Shown here in pieces: positions 45,331 through 54,199 of a stretch of DNA of 54,199 nt; position 1 is the first letter of the stretch; each line of letters begins with the position of its first letter. The notes beneath the pieces are model-generated. The model saw only the letters and a program-made list of their open reading frames with translations, ran no database searches and was not told the origin of the DNA. Source of the stretch: Myxococcota bacterium (GTDB taxonomy: Bacteria > Myxococcota_A > UBA9160 > PR03); contig JBFIML010000029.1 of assembly GCA_041611735.1 (NCBI GenBank), forward strand, positions 1 through 54,199, in the 5' to 3' direction. The position numbers and the translations under genes were made by a program.

Positions 45331-46205
45331 TGGCGGAGTTCCTCGCCGCCTGGAGCCTGTTCGGCGTCACCTGGGGCGTGGGCCTGCTCGCGGCGGTGCT
45401 GCTGGCCACGGTGGGCGTCTGGCTGGTGGCCCGGGACCACATCTTCCTGGGGGCGGCCGTGGCCCAGGCCTCCACCCTCGGCGTGGCGCTGGGCTTGTGG
45501 CTGGCTGGCTCCGGGGCCGCGGCATCGCTCGCGTGGCTGGACTCGGACGCCGTGCCCGCGGGCCTGGCCGTGCTGGGCTCGGTGGCCACTGCCTGGCTGG
45601 CGGCGCGGGGCGGTGACGCGGGACTCGAGAGCGAGGAATCCATCACCGGCTGGGTGTTCCTGGTGGCGGCTAGCCTTCCCGTCCTCATGCTGGCCCACAG
45701 CCCGCATGGACTCGAGGAGGTGCACCGCCTGATGTTCTCGACGCTGCTGACCGCGTCGGGCACGGACCTCGGCGTCTTCCTGCTGCTGGCCTTCGCCACC
45801 GGCATCGGGGTGGCGCACACCTGGGAGCGTCTGCTGCTGCTCACCCTGGATCCACAGATGGCGGCGGCCGTGGGCCTGCGCCGGTCCCTGTGGGCCGGCG
45901 CCACCGCGGTGTGGCTCGGCGTAGCTGCGGGGCTCTCGCTGCGCGTGGCGGGGCTGCTCTACACGTTCGGGTGCCTGGTGCTGCCGGCCCTGATCGCGAA
46001 GAACGTGTGTCGCGAGGTGCGCCCGATGCTGTGGGTCTCGCCGCTGGTGGCGGCGGCGGGCGCGGTGCTCGGCTTCCTGCTGGCGCACCGCCTCGACCTG
46101 CCGCCGGCCCACGTCACCGTGTGCCTGCTCGGCGTCGGACTGCTCGGCGCCTGGTGGCTACGGGGCCTGCGCGCCCGCCGCGCCGGCGCCGCTGCGCCCC
46201 GCTGA
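45330..46205 (+). CDS. Metal ABC transporter permease (ZnuB-like)
   Basis: Multi-TM; LDPQMAAAVG EAA-like loop; translationally coupled. Confidence 0.87.
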   Translation: MAEFLAAWSLFGVTWGVGLLAAVLLATVGVWLVARDHIFLGAAVAQASTLGVALGLWLAGSGAAASLAWLDSDAVPAGLAVLGSVATAWLAARGGDAGLESEESITGWVFLVAASLPVLMLAHSPHGLEEVHRLMFSTLLTASGTDLGVFLLLAFATGIGVAHTWERLLLLTLDPQMAAAVGLRRSLWAGATAVWLGVAAGLSLRVAGLLYTFGCLVLPALIAKNVCREVRPMLWVSPLVAAAGAVLGFLLAHRLDLPPAHVTVCLLGVGLLGAWWLRGLRARRAGAAAPR

Positions 46206-46437
46206 GATCCGCGACCCGGGCTCGTCGACACGGCTCGATCGCGCCGTCCCGGCCGCTTACGGGGCACCGGTGCCCACGCTCCGGGTGGCAAGCGGGCGTC
46301 GCCGTGACCCTCGTCGCGGCCCGCGTGTTGGCGTCGGGACGTCGCGCGCGGCGCCGAGCGGCTGCTTGCCCCGCACCGCACGCTTTGCCACAGTCTGCGG
46401 CCCTGCGCGCAACCGGACTGCGCTGCGGAGGACCGGC

Positions 46438-46908
46438 ATGCCCGCCGCCCGTTACCGGGTGATCGTCGTGGGGGTGGACTTCTCGGAGCCCTCCCGCCAG
46501 GCCATGCACCGGGCCCTGGATCTGGGGCGACGCCTCAAGGCGCGGGTGGACGTGATCCACGTGGCCCACAAGATCGACCCGGCCGTGCCCTTCTCGCGCG
46601 AGAACCGCGATGTGGTGGCCCAGCTCCAGCAGGACGAGTTCGACGCCGCGCGCGGGGAGCTGGAGCGCTTCGTCCCCAAGGCCGCCGGCGTCACCGTACG
46701 AACCCACGTGCTGGTGGGCCAGCCCAGCCGCGAGCTGCTGGCCTATGCCGACCAGGTCCGGGCGGACCTGATCGTGCTGTCCAACCGCGGCCTCACCCTG
46801 GCCGAGAAGCTCCTGATCGGGTCCGTGGCGGACCGGGTCCTGCGCAAGGCGCACACCCCGATCCTGCTCGTCCCCCCCGCAGGCCGTCGCAAGCGATCGG
46901 GTCGCTGA
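46438..46908 (+). CDS. Universal stress protein
   Basis: IVVGVDFS, LIVLSNRG..IGSVADRVLR; GGAGG RBS. Confidence 0.9.
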   Translation: MPAARYRVIVVGVDFSEPSRQAMHRALDLGRRLKARVDVIHVAHKIDPAVPFSRENRDVVAQLQQDEFDAARGELERFVPKAAGVTVRTHVLVGQPSRELLAYADQVRADLIVLSNRGLTLAEKLLIGSVADRVLRKAHTPILLVPPAGRRKRSGR

Positions 46909-47577
46909 TCAGGCGCTTCCGTGCGGCTCTCCGCCCGGGGGACGCTGCGGCGCGCCGGGGGTCCGTTCGCCGCGCGGCGGCGGCGCCCCGCGCACCCGGC
47001 GGGCCAGGAACGCGAAGACCCGCTTCAGGCCGCGCCAGATGCGCGGCAGCAGCCAGGCCGCCACCAGCACGAAGACGACGAGCAGCGCCAGGAACACCAG
47101 CGGGTGATGCAGCGCCGTCCACAACCCGCCGATCACCATGGCGTCCTCGGCCAGGGAGGCGCTCCAGTTCGTGACCGGCTCCGGGGAGGTGTTGATCAGG
47201 GCACGCGTGCCGGCCTTGGTGGCGTGGCTTCCCGCCGCCAGGGTGCCGCCCACCAGGCCCGCGGCCAGCGCGAGCGGCGCGCTGACGTCGCCCACGGCCT
47301 GGGACGCCAGGACGGCTCCGGCCGGGATGCGGATGAAGGTGTGGATCGCGTCCCAGCCCGTGTCCACCCCCGGCACCTTGTCGGCGAAGAACTCCACGCA
47401 GTACATGAAGCCGGCAGCCAGCAGCACGAGCGGATCGGCCACGAAGGCCATCTCCGCCGGCAAGGTGATGTGACCGGTGGTCTGCAGCAGGCCCAGCATG
47501 AAGACTGCGGCGTAGAGGTTGATCCCGCTCGCCCAGCCGACCCCCATGGTGAGGGCGATGGTCTCGACGACTCCCAT
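46909..47577 (-). CDS. DUF4126-family membrane protein
   Basis: WASGINLYA, EFFADKVPGVD, SPEP..SLAED. Confidence 0.82.
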   Translation of the reverse strand: MGVVETIALTMGVGWASGINLYAAVFMLGLLQTTGHITLPAEMAFVADPLVLLAAGFMYCVEFFADKVPGVDTGWDAIHTFIRIPAGAVLASQAVGDVSAPLALAAGLVGGTLAAGSHATKAGTRALINTSPEPVTNWSASLAEDAMVIGGLWTALHHPLVFLALLVVFVLVAAWLLPRIWRGLKRVFAFLARRVRGAPPPRGERTPGAPQRPPGGEPHGSA

Positions 47578-47630
47578 GCAGATGCTCCTCCCGGCTTCCC
47601 GGCGCTCCTTGGACGGGAGGTCTCCCGGGC

Positions 47631-48419
47631 CTATTCGGGCCGGGGACGCGGCCCCACTGGCTTGAAGATCGGCAGGTTGGCCTCGGTGGCCACGTAGATC
47701 ACGTTCGGGTTCTCGTTCAGGGTCTGGATCCACAGGTACTGCAGATAGGAGCTCGTGAGCGTGGAGTGGATGATGCGCTGGGCCTCCGCAGCGCCCTTGG
47801 CGCGGGCCACCTCGATCTCGGCGTCCTTCTCGGCCTGCTGAAGCTCGAAGGTCTTCTGCTCCGCCCGCTGCTCGGCGGTGAGCTTGGCCTCGATGCTCTC
47901 CTTGAAGCGCGGCGGCAGCTGCACGTCCCGAAGCAGTACGTCCACCACCAGCACTCCGCGCGACTCCAGGTTCTCAATCAGGTACTCGCGAACCTTCAGC
48001 GCAATCTCCTTGCGCCCGCTCTCGGTGTAGATTCCCTTCACCGGATATCCGCTCACCACGTCCCGCACCCCGTTGCGCAAGTAGGGGATGATCAGTACGT
48101 CCCGGTACTTGCTTCCGATGGTCTTGCGGATCGTGGGCGCCTTTTCCGGGTCCACCCTGTAGAGCAGGGAGGTGTCGAGGCCCACGATCAGGCCCTCGGA
48201 GGACGGCACCTGGGCCTGCTCCTTGTGCTCCTGGAGCTTCACGTTCCAGCGCTCCACCTCGCGCACCACCGGCAACCGCAGCGCCACACCCTGGGGAAGC
48301 GGCTGGTCGTTGATGCGGCCGAAGCGCTTGGTCACCCCCACCTCACCGTCCTCCACGACGGTGCACCCCATGGCGAGGCTCGCCGCCAACAGCACCGAAC
48401 TCCCGAGGCCTCGATGCAT
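47631..48419 (-). CDS. SPFH/prohibitin-family protein, probable lipoprotein
   Basis: AMGC lipobox-like, GEVGV..FG, SSEGL, LLRDVQLP, IEAK..AEQ. Confidence 0.88.
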   Translation of the reverse strand: MHRGLGSSVLLAASLAMGCTVVEDGEVGVTKRFGRINDQPLPQGVALRLPVVREVERWNVKLQEHKEQAQVPSSEGLIVGLDTSLLYRVDPEKAPTIRKTIGSKYRDVLIIPYLRNGVRDVVSGYPVKGIYTESGRKEIALKVREYLIENLESRGVLVVDVLLRDVQLPPRFKESIEAKLTAEQRAEQKTFELQQAEKDAEIEVARAKGAAEAQRIIHSTLTSSYLQYLWIQTLNENPNVIYVATEANLPIFKPVGPRPRPE

Positions 48420-48521
48420 CGTCTTCCTCCTCCTCCGCGTCTAGCGGAAGCCCAGCATAACCCGTACCGTTTGTCGCGTTCAGGGCAACCCGGCGCAGCG
48501 GGCGCTCCTTGCGGAGGGGAG

Positions 48522-48764
48522 ATGATGGTCCGACTGTCCGTGGACTTCGAGCACCCCTCCCGCACCTGGTGGGAGAGCGGGGGCCAGGAGCTGTGGGACG
48601 GGATCACGGAGGGCTTCGACGGCTCCTCGGTGGTCCTCGACGAGGCCCTGGCGGAGTCCTGGCTCGCCGAAGCGCGCAAGCTCCCCGGCTGGGACGACGG
48701 GCCCGACTACGCGCCCCACCCGGTCGGCGTCCGGCCCCTGGCCGAGGACGAGGTGGATCTCTGA
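48522..48764 (+). CDS. Small acidic, Trp-rich hypothetical protein
   Basis: GGAGG RBS, typical codon usage, fills the gap before the NYN gene. Confidence 0.6.
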   Translation: MMVRLSVDFEHPSRTWWESGGQELWDGITEGFDGSSVVLDEALAESWLAEARKLPGWDDGPDYAPHPVGVRPLAEDEVDL

Positions 48765-48789
48765 ACCGCGTGCCCGGGAGAGCAAATCC

Positions 48790-49545
48790 ATGGCCGAAGA
48801 GCCGCTGATCGCCGTCTTCATCGACTTCGAGAACCTGGCCATCGGCGTGCGCGAGATGCGCTGGGGCAAGTTCCAGATCGAGCTGATCCTCAAGCGCCTG
48901 CTGGAGAAGGGGCGCATCGTCTTCAAGCGCGCCTACTGCGATTGGAGCCGCTACCGCGCAGAGGTGCGCGAGTTCCACGGCCACGGCATCGAGATGGTGG
49001 ACATCCCCCAGGGCAAAGTGAGCGGCAAGAACAGCGCCGACATCCACATGGTCGTGGACGCCATGGACCTCTGCTACTCGAAGGACCACATCGACACCTT
49101 CACCCTCCTCTCCGGCGACAGCGACTTCTCGCCCCTGGTCGGCAAGCTCAAGGAGAACGAGAAGCGCGTGATCGGCTGCGGCGTCCGGAAGTCCACCTCG
49201 GACCTGCTGATCGCGGGCTGCGACGAGTTCATCTACTACGACGACCTGATCCGCGCCGCCAAGGAGACCCGGCCCGTCCGGGAGAAGGGAAAGCGAGGCG
49301 AGGGGCGCCAGCAGGAGGCCATCGACCGCCTGCTCGAGATCGTGCGTTCGCTCCAGACCGAATACGACCCGTTGTGGGGCTCCCTGGTCAAGCAGAGCAT
49401 GCGGCGCGTGTATCCGGGGTTCAACGAGAGCTATCACGGCTACCGGACGTTCTCGGATCTCCTGGAGGACGCGGCGGAGCGGGGGTTGATCGAGCTGGAT
49501 TTCGACGAGGATCGGGGCAACTACAAGGTCCGGCTCAAGCAGTAG
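48790..49545 (+). CDS. NYN-domain (PIN-like) protein with C-terminal OST-HTH/LOTUS
   Basis: FIDFEN, KNSADI..DA, SGDSDFSPL, CDEF; FNESYHGYRTFSDLLE. Confidence 0.9.
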   Translation: MAEEPLIAVFIDFENLAIGVREMRWGKFQIELILKRLLEKGRIVFKRAYCDWSRYRAEVREFHGHGIEMVDIPQGKVSGKNSADIHMVVDAMDLCYSKDHIDTFTLLSGDSDFSPLVGKLKENEKRVIGCGVRKSTSDLLIAGCDEFIYYDDLIRAAKETRPVREKGKRGEGRQQEAIDRLLEIVRSLQTEYDPLWGSLVKQSMRRVYPGFNESYHGYRTFSDLLEDAAERGLIELDFDEDRGNYKVRLKQ

Positions 49546-49605
49546 GGGGTGGTATCCCCCTGGCACCGCGGTCCGGGGACGCCCTCTCCCATCGCAACCC
49601 CAGGC

Positions 49606-52224
49606 CTAGCTACCCGGAAGGCGGGCATGGTCCGCGCAGCGGCGCTCCCCCACCTCGAGCAGCGCCAGCACCTTCTCCGGCGGCTCGTGTAGCACCAGCG
49701 AGACGCGCTCCCGGAAGCGTCCGGGCGCCACGCGCACCCCTCGCCCCGACACGTAACGGCCTCCCGGCATGCGCGCCGCCAGCCAGGCCACCGCCGCGCT
49801 GCCGGCCTCTCCAGTCACCCGATACGTGATCTCGAAGCGATCGGGGAGCCGGTCGTGGGAGGCCAGGCCGCTCACCTGGATGCGACAGCGGTCGTCCTCC
49901 GCAGCGCTGGCATCCCCGGGGCGGCGCGCGATCCGCCAGGGGAACAGGAGGTCGGGCCAGCCTCGGCGCGGCGCCGGGCAGGTGGCGCGGGGCTCCGTGT
50001 GCTCCAGGAACCACTCCGGCTGGCCGGGGCAGCGGGGCCCGGCGCGCAGTCCGGTGCCCGGGTCCACGGACACCTGGGTGAGGCCGGGCGGCCGTGCGAA
50101 GTCGTCGGCGCCCGCGGGCGGACCGGCCCGCCGCAGGAAGTCCGCGAAGATTGGCAGGGCGGCTGCGGCGCCGGACAACCCGACGCTGCGCGCATCGTCG
50201 AAGCCGACCCACACCCCCACCACCAGATCGGGCGTGTAGCCCACGAACCAGGCGTCCCGGTAGTCGTTGGTGCTGCCCGTCTTGCCCGCCACGACGCCGC
50301 GCACGCCCAGGCGACGCACGCCGTGGGCCGTGCCCCGCTCCACGGCGCCCTGCAGGGCCGACGTGACCAGGAAGGCGGTGGCGGGATCCGCCACCATGGC
50401 CCGCGGGGCCAGCATCCCCGCCTGGACCGCTCCGTCGGGACCCAGCACGAATTGATGGGAGTGGGGCGCGACGCGCTCCCCGCCGCTCGCCAGCACGGCA
50501 TACGCGCCCACGAGCTCGAGCAGGCTCACCTCGAAGGCTCCGAGCGCGAGGCTCGGCACGGCGGCGAGCGGGCTCTCGATGCCGAGCGCCTGGGCGGTGC
50601 GCACGAGGCGGCCCGGTCCGAGCTGCTGACCCAGGCGGGCGAAGGGCACGTTCAGGGACTGCTCGAGGGCGTGGCGCAGGGTGACGAGGCCTCGGAAGGC
50701 GCGGTCGTGGTTGGCGGGCTCCCAGGCCTCGTCCCCGGCCATCATCTGGAAGGGCTCGTCCTCCAGCAGGGAGGCCAGGGTGAAAGCCGGCTCGCCCCCG
50801 CCGTCGGGCAGGAGTGCCGCCAGCGCCACGATCGGCTTGAAGGCGCTGCCGGGCTGCCGGCGAGCCTGGGTGGCGCGATCGAACTGACTACGGCCCCAAT
50901 CCCGCCCGCCGACCAGCGCCCGGATCTCGCCGTTCCGGGGATCCAGGGCCACCAGCGCCGCCTCCAGCGCCGCGTCTCCTTCGCGCAGGCGCGCATGGCG
51001 GGCCTCGAGCGCTTCTAGACCCTTCCCCACCGCGGCCTCCGCGTGGCGCTGCAGCCCCGGGTCGAGGGTGGAGAGGACGATCAGGCCGTCGCGCGCCAGC
51101 GCCGCGGCGTCGTGCCGGGCCGCCAGATCCTGACGCAGGCGCTCCACGAACCAGGGCGCCAGGCGGCGTCCCGTCGGACGTTCGTCGCGCAGACCCAGGG
51201 GCGCCGCCTTGGCCGCGTCGCGCTCCGTCTCCGAGATGCGTCCCTCCTCGTGCATCAGGTCGAGCACGCGGCTGCGACGCACGCGGGCCAGGTCCGGCCG
51301 CTCGAAGGGGTCGTAGCGGCTCGGCGCCTGGATCAACCCCGCCAGGAGCGCCGCCTCGGACAGATCCACCTCCGCCACCGCCTTGCCCAGGTAGTGGCGC
51401 GCGGCGGCGCCCACGCCGTGCACACCCACGCCGCCTGCCTGGCCGAGATACACCTCGTTCAGGTACGCCTCGAGGATCTCCTGCTTGCTCCGGCTCCGCT
51501 CCAGCCAGAACGCCAGCTCTGCTTCACGCAGCTTCCGCGCGAAGGAACGCTCGCGGGTCAGGACGAGGCTCCGCACCAGCTGCTGGGTGATGGTGCTGCC
51601 CCCCTGCACGATGTGTCCCGCCTGGAGATTGGCCCAGGCAGCCCCGAGGACGCGCCGCAGATCGACGCCAGGGTGATCGAAGAAACGCCGATCCTCCACG
51701 ACCAGCACTGCCTCCACCAGGTGGGGCGGCATCTCCTCCAGTCTGGTGGGTTCCCGGGCCCGGGGCGGCTCTTCGTGAAGCTCCGCCAGCACGAGGGGCT
51801 CGATCCAGGTCTGCGCCAGCCGCCGCCCCGTCTCGTCGAGGAGGGCATCGATGCGCCGGCCCTTGCGCAGGCGAAGCTCGAGCGTTCCAGCGGTCGGGGC
51901 GCCGTCCGGCCCGCGAAACGGCCGGCCTACGATGCGTAGCCGATCCCCGTCCCGCGCCCATTCGCCGGGCCGCGGCGCTCCCGCCACCTGGCGGTAGCCG
52001 AGCCCGCGCAGGTGCTCGAGCAGGCCGCTCCGCTCCAGGTCGGCACCCGGGCGCAGCTCGAGGGGCAGCGAGAGGATGCGCGCCGGCCGCTCCCGCGTGG
52101 CCGCCAGGCCCACCTCGAGGTCTCGCCGCCCCTGGACGGTCAGGAACAGCAGGAGCCCCAGCAGGGCCAGAGGCAGCGCAATCAAGAGGGTTCGGAGCCG
52201 CACGTTCGCTCGGGAGTGTGCCAC
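49606..52224 (-). CDS. mrcB: Class A penicillin-binding protein (PBP1b-like)
   Basis: TM anchor, UB2H-like region, EDRRFFDHPG, GGSTITQQL, RKLRE; SAFK, SLN and KTG transpeptidase motifs. Confidence 0.88.
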   Translation of the reverse strand: MAHSRANVRLRTLLIALPLALLGLLLFLTVQGRRDLEVGLAATRERPARILSLPLELRPGADLERSGLLEHLRGLGYRQVAGAPRPGEWARDGDRLRIVGRPFRGPDGAPTAGTLELRLRKGRRIDALLDETGRRLAQTWIEPLVLAELHEEPPRAREPTRLEEMPPHLVEAVLVVEDRRFFDHPGVDLRRVLGAAWANLQAGHIVQGGSTITQQLVRSLVLTRERSFARKLREAELAFWLERSRSKQEILEAYLNEVYLGQAGGVGVHGVGAAARHYLGKAVAEVDLSEAALLAGLIQAPSRYDPFERPDLARVRRSRVLDLMHEEGRISETERDAAKAAPLGLRDERPTGRRLAPWFVERLRQDLAARHDAAALARDGLIVLSTLDPGLQRHAEAAVGKGLEALEARHARLREGDAALEAALVALDPRNGEIRALVGGRDWGRSQFDRATQARRQPGSAFKPIVALAALLPDGGGEPAFTLASLLEDEPFQMMAGDEAWEPANHDRAFRGLVTLRHALEQSLNVPFARLGQQLGPGRLVRTAQALGIESPLAAVPSLALGAFEVSLLELVGAYAVLASGGERVAPHSHQFVLGPDGAVQAGMLAPRAMVADPATAFLVTSALQGAVERGTAHGVRRLGVRGVVAGKTGSTNDYRDAWFVGYTPDLVVGVWVGFDDARSVGLSGAAAALPIFADFLRRAGPPAGADDFARPPGLTQVSVDPGTGLRAGPRCPGQPEWFLEHTEPRATCPAPRRGWPDLLFPWRIARRPGDASAAEDDRCRIQVSGLASHDRLPDRFEITYRVTGEAGSAAVAWLAARMPGGRYVSGRGVRVAPGRFRERVSLVLHEPPEKVLALLEVGERRCADHARLPGS

Positions 52225-52358
52225 GCTCTCGACCCGGCTTCGACGCAGGGGATTCGGAGCGGATTCGCCCCTCGGGAGCGGCTTGACACGGCGCGACGCA
52301 CCCGCCGAGACTGGGGCTGGCCGGCGTCGCCCCGCGGGCCGACGGAGCGAGACGGGGC

Positions 52359-53696
52359 ATGCGCGTCCGATTCTGGGGCACCCGGGGCTCCCTTCCCAAA
52401 CCCGGGCCGACCACCCTTCGTTACGGCGGAAACACGTCGTGCGTGGAGGTCCGTGCGGACGATGGGACGCTCGTGGTGCTCGACTGCGGCACGGGGATCC
52501 ACGAGCTCGGCCGCGCGCTGACCGCTTCCGGCCGTGCGCCTCCGCGCGGTCACCTCCTGATCGGCCACACCCACTGGGACCACATCCAGGGCTTTCCGTT
52601 CTTCGCGCCGCTGTTCGAGGACCATGGCCAGTGGGGCGTCTATGCGCCGGGAGGCCGCGACCGGCCCATCGAGGCCACGCTGGGCGCGCAGATGTCCTAC
52701 GACTATCACCCGGTCACCCTGAAGGCCCTCGCGGCTTCGGTCCGCTTCCACGACCTCACCGAGGGGCACTTCGACGCCGGCGGCATCCGGGTCACGACCC
52801 AGTATCTGAACCACCCTGCCCTCACCCTCGGCTATCGCCTGGAAGCGGACGGCGTGGTGCTGGTCTATGCCACGGACCACGAGCCCCACAGTCTCCATCC
52901 GCGTCAGGCGCCGCCCGCGGCCGAGCCCGTCCATCACGAAGACCGGCGCCACGTGCGCTTCCTGGAAGGCGCGGACCTGCTGGTCCACGATGCCCAGTAC
53001 GTGCTGGACGAGTTCCCCGAGAAGGCCGGTTGGGGACATTGCCCCGTGGAGCGCAGCGTGGACTACGCGCTGCGCTCCGGCGCGCGGCGCCTCGCCCTGT
53101 TCCATCACGATCCGGATCGTGACGACGACCGCGTGGACCGGCTGGAGGAGCTGGCCCGCCGGCGGGTGGGAGAAGTCGCCGGGGCGGCCCTGGAGGTCTT
53201 CGCGGCCCGCGAAGGCCTGAGCATCCCGCTTGCGCGCCGCGAGCCCTCGACCCGGCGGCCCATCGGTCCGCAGGAGACTGCGCTGGTCGCGGAGCGCGGC
53301 AGGCCCGGGCCCGTCACGGTGCTGGTCGTCGAGGACGATCCGGACATGGCGCGCCTGGTGCGCGTCACGCTGCAGGCCGACGGAGTCCGCACCGTCGGCG
53401 CCGGCGATGGGGAGACCGCGCTGAAGCTCGCCCGGGAGGAGCGCCCCAACCTGATCCTGCTGGACATGCAGATCCCGGTCCAGAGCGGTTTAGCCGTCTG
53501 CCGCCGGCTCCGTGAAGAGCGCGATCCGCACCTGCGCGACGTGCCGATCCTGATCTTGACGGGAACCCTGCTCGCCGAGGAGGACCTGGTTCGGGCCTTC
53601 CGGGCCGGCGCCACGGACTACCTGACCAAACCCTTCAAGCCGACGCTGCTGCGCTCGCGCGTGCGCGGCTGGCTGCTGCGGGGGCGGCCGGCCTGA
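52359..53696 (+). CDS. MBL-fold metallohydrolase fused to a C-terminal receiver domain
   Basis: FWGTRGS, YGGNTSC, HTHWDHIQGFPFF, HDAQY, WGH, FHHDP; then VLVVEDD, LLDMQIP, YLTKPF. Confidence 0.88.
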   Translation: MRVRFWGTRGSLPKPGPTTLRYGGNTSCVEVRADDGTLVVLDCGTGIHELGRALTASGRAPPRGHLLIGHTHWDHIQGFPFFAPLFEDHGQWGVYAPGGRDRPIEATLGAQMSYDYHPVTLKALAASVRFHDLTEGHFDAGGIRVTTQYLNHPALTLGYRLEADGVVLVYATDHEPHSLHPRQAPPAAEPVHHEDRRHVRFLEGADLLVHDAQYVLDEFPEKAGWGHCPVERSVDYALRSGARRLALFHHDPDRDDDRVDRLEELARRRVGEVAGAALEVFAAREGLSIPLARREPSTRRPIGPQETALVAERGRPGPVTVLVVEDDPDMARLVRVTLQADGVRTVGAGDGETALKLAREERPNLILLDMQIPVQSGLAVCRRLREERDPHLRDVPILILTGTLLAEEDLVRAFRAGATDYLTKPFKPTLLRSRVRGWLLRGRPA

Positions 53697-53715
53697 AGCC
53701 CGTTCCGAAGCCCCG

Positions 53716-54030
53716 TCAGGACAGAGCCGCACCGCCGCGCAGGCGGGCCAGGGCCGCGTCCACGGCCCGCCAGGCGTCCTCCGGCTCGGGACCGGCACAG
53801 GACTCCAGGGCGTCCTCGAGCGCTGCAAAGGCCTGGCTCTCCGCATCGAAGCCGTAGGAGCCGGCGGTGCCCTTGAGTCGGTGTGCGAGCCCCCGCGCCC
53901 GCTCGAGCGCTTCCCCGGGCTCGCCCGGCCGCGCCGCCTCCACCAGGCGAACCAGCTCCGCGGCGAGGCCGGGAAGACGCTTGCGGTACTCGGCGCGCAG
54001 GGCCTGGAACTCGCGCTCGAACTCGCTCAC
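53716..54030 (-). CDS. Stand-alone Hpt (histidine phosphotransfer) protein
   Basis: AHRLKGTAGSYG motif. Confidence 0.85.
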   Translation of the reverse strand: MSEFEREFQALRAEYRKRLPGLAAELVRLVEAARPGEPGEALERARGLAHRLKGTAGSYGFDAESQAFAALEDALESCAGPEPEDAWRAVDAALARLRGGAALS

Positions 54031-54119
54031 GGGATCGCTCCCTGATCATCCAGTATTCCACAGGGTGATAGACTGCGGCCCGCCGGCGGCCTGGCACCGG
54101 CACCGCAGGGGAGGATCCG

Positions 54120-54199
54120 GTGGACGGAACCGAGCGACGCCGCACGCTGGTCCTGGGCGCCGCCGGCCGTGACTTCCACAACTTCAACGTCGTCTACCG
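54120..54199 (+). CDS. 5' fragment of a COG2403-type GTPase / cyclic 2,3-diphosphoglycerate synthetase-like protein
   Basis: GGAGG then GTG 54120: MDGTERRRTLVLGAAGRDFHNFNVVY. GAAGRDFHNFN is the N-terminal signature as I recall it. Confidence 0.7.
   Translation, partial: MDGTERRRTLVLGAAGRDFHNFNVVY

Overview
Very GC-rich bacterial DNA (gene content suggests a Myxococcota/deltaproteobacterium-like organism; inference only), densely coding, with no rRNA, tRNA, CRISPR or mobile element seen. The left two-thirds (~3-36 kb) looks like a low-oxygen/anaerobiosis island. It holds a clade II (Sec-type, probably lipoprotein) nitrous oxide reductase cluster (cyt c-nosZ-D-F-L-Y-B), hemN, a ferritin-like diiron protein, six stand-alone CBS proteins, a USP, WS/DGAT, an Rv2004c-like kinase, ppsA, PFOR with a DHODH-like protein and TreT, and in its centre a globin-coupled histidine kinase next to a sigma54 enhancer-binding response regulator. 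By eye I find seven good sigma54 -24/-12 promoters and a recurring TGnGnCA-N3-TGnCnCA palindrome upstream of these operons. This suggests an O2-sensing globin-kinase/sigma54 regulon whose gene inventory parallels the mycobacterial DosR dormancy regulon but also covers N2O respiration. The right part has a two-component system with a desaturase, egtB, a CxxC/RAPP (DUF2946/CruR-like) leader in front of a metal-uptake operon, further USPs, SPFH, NYN-LOTUS, PBP1b, an MBL-receiver fusion and an Hpt protein. All calls are from motif reading, not database searches.
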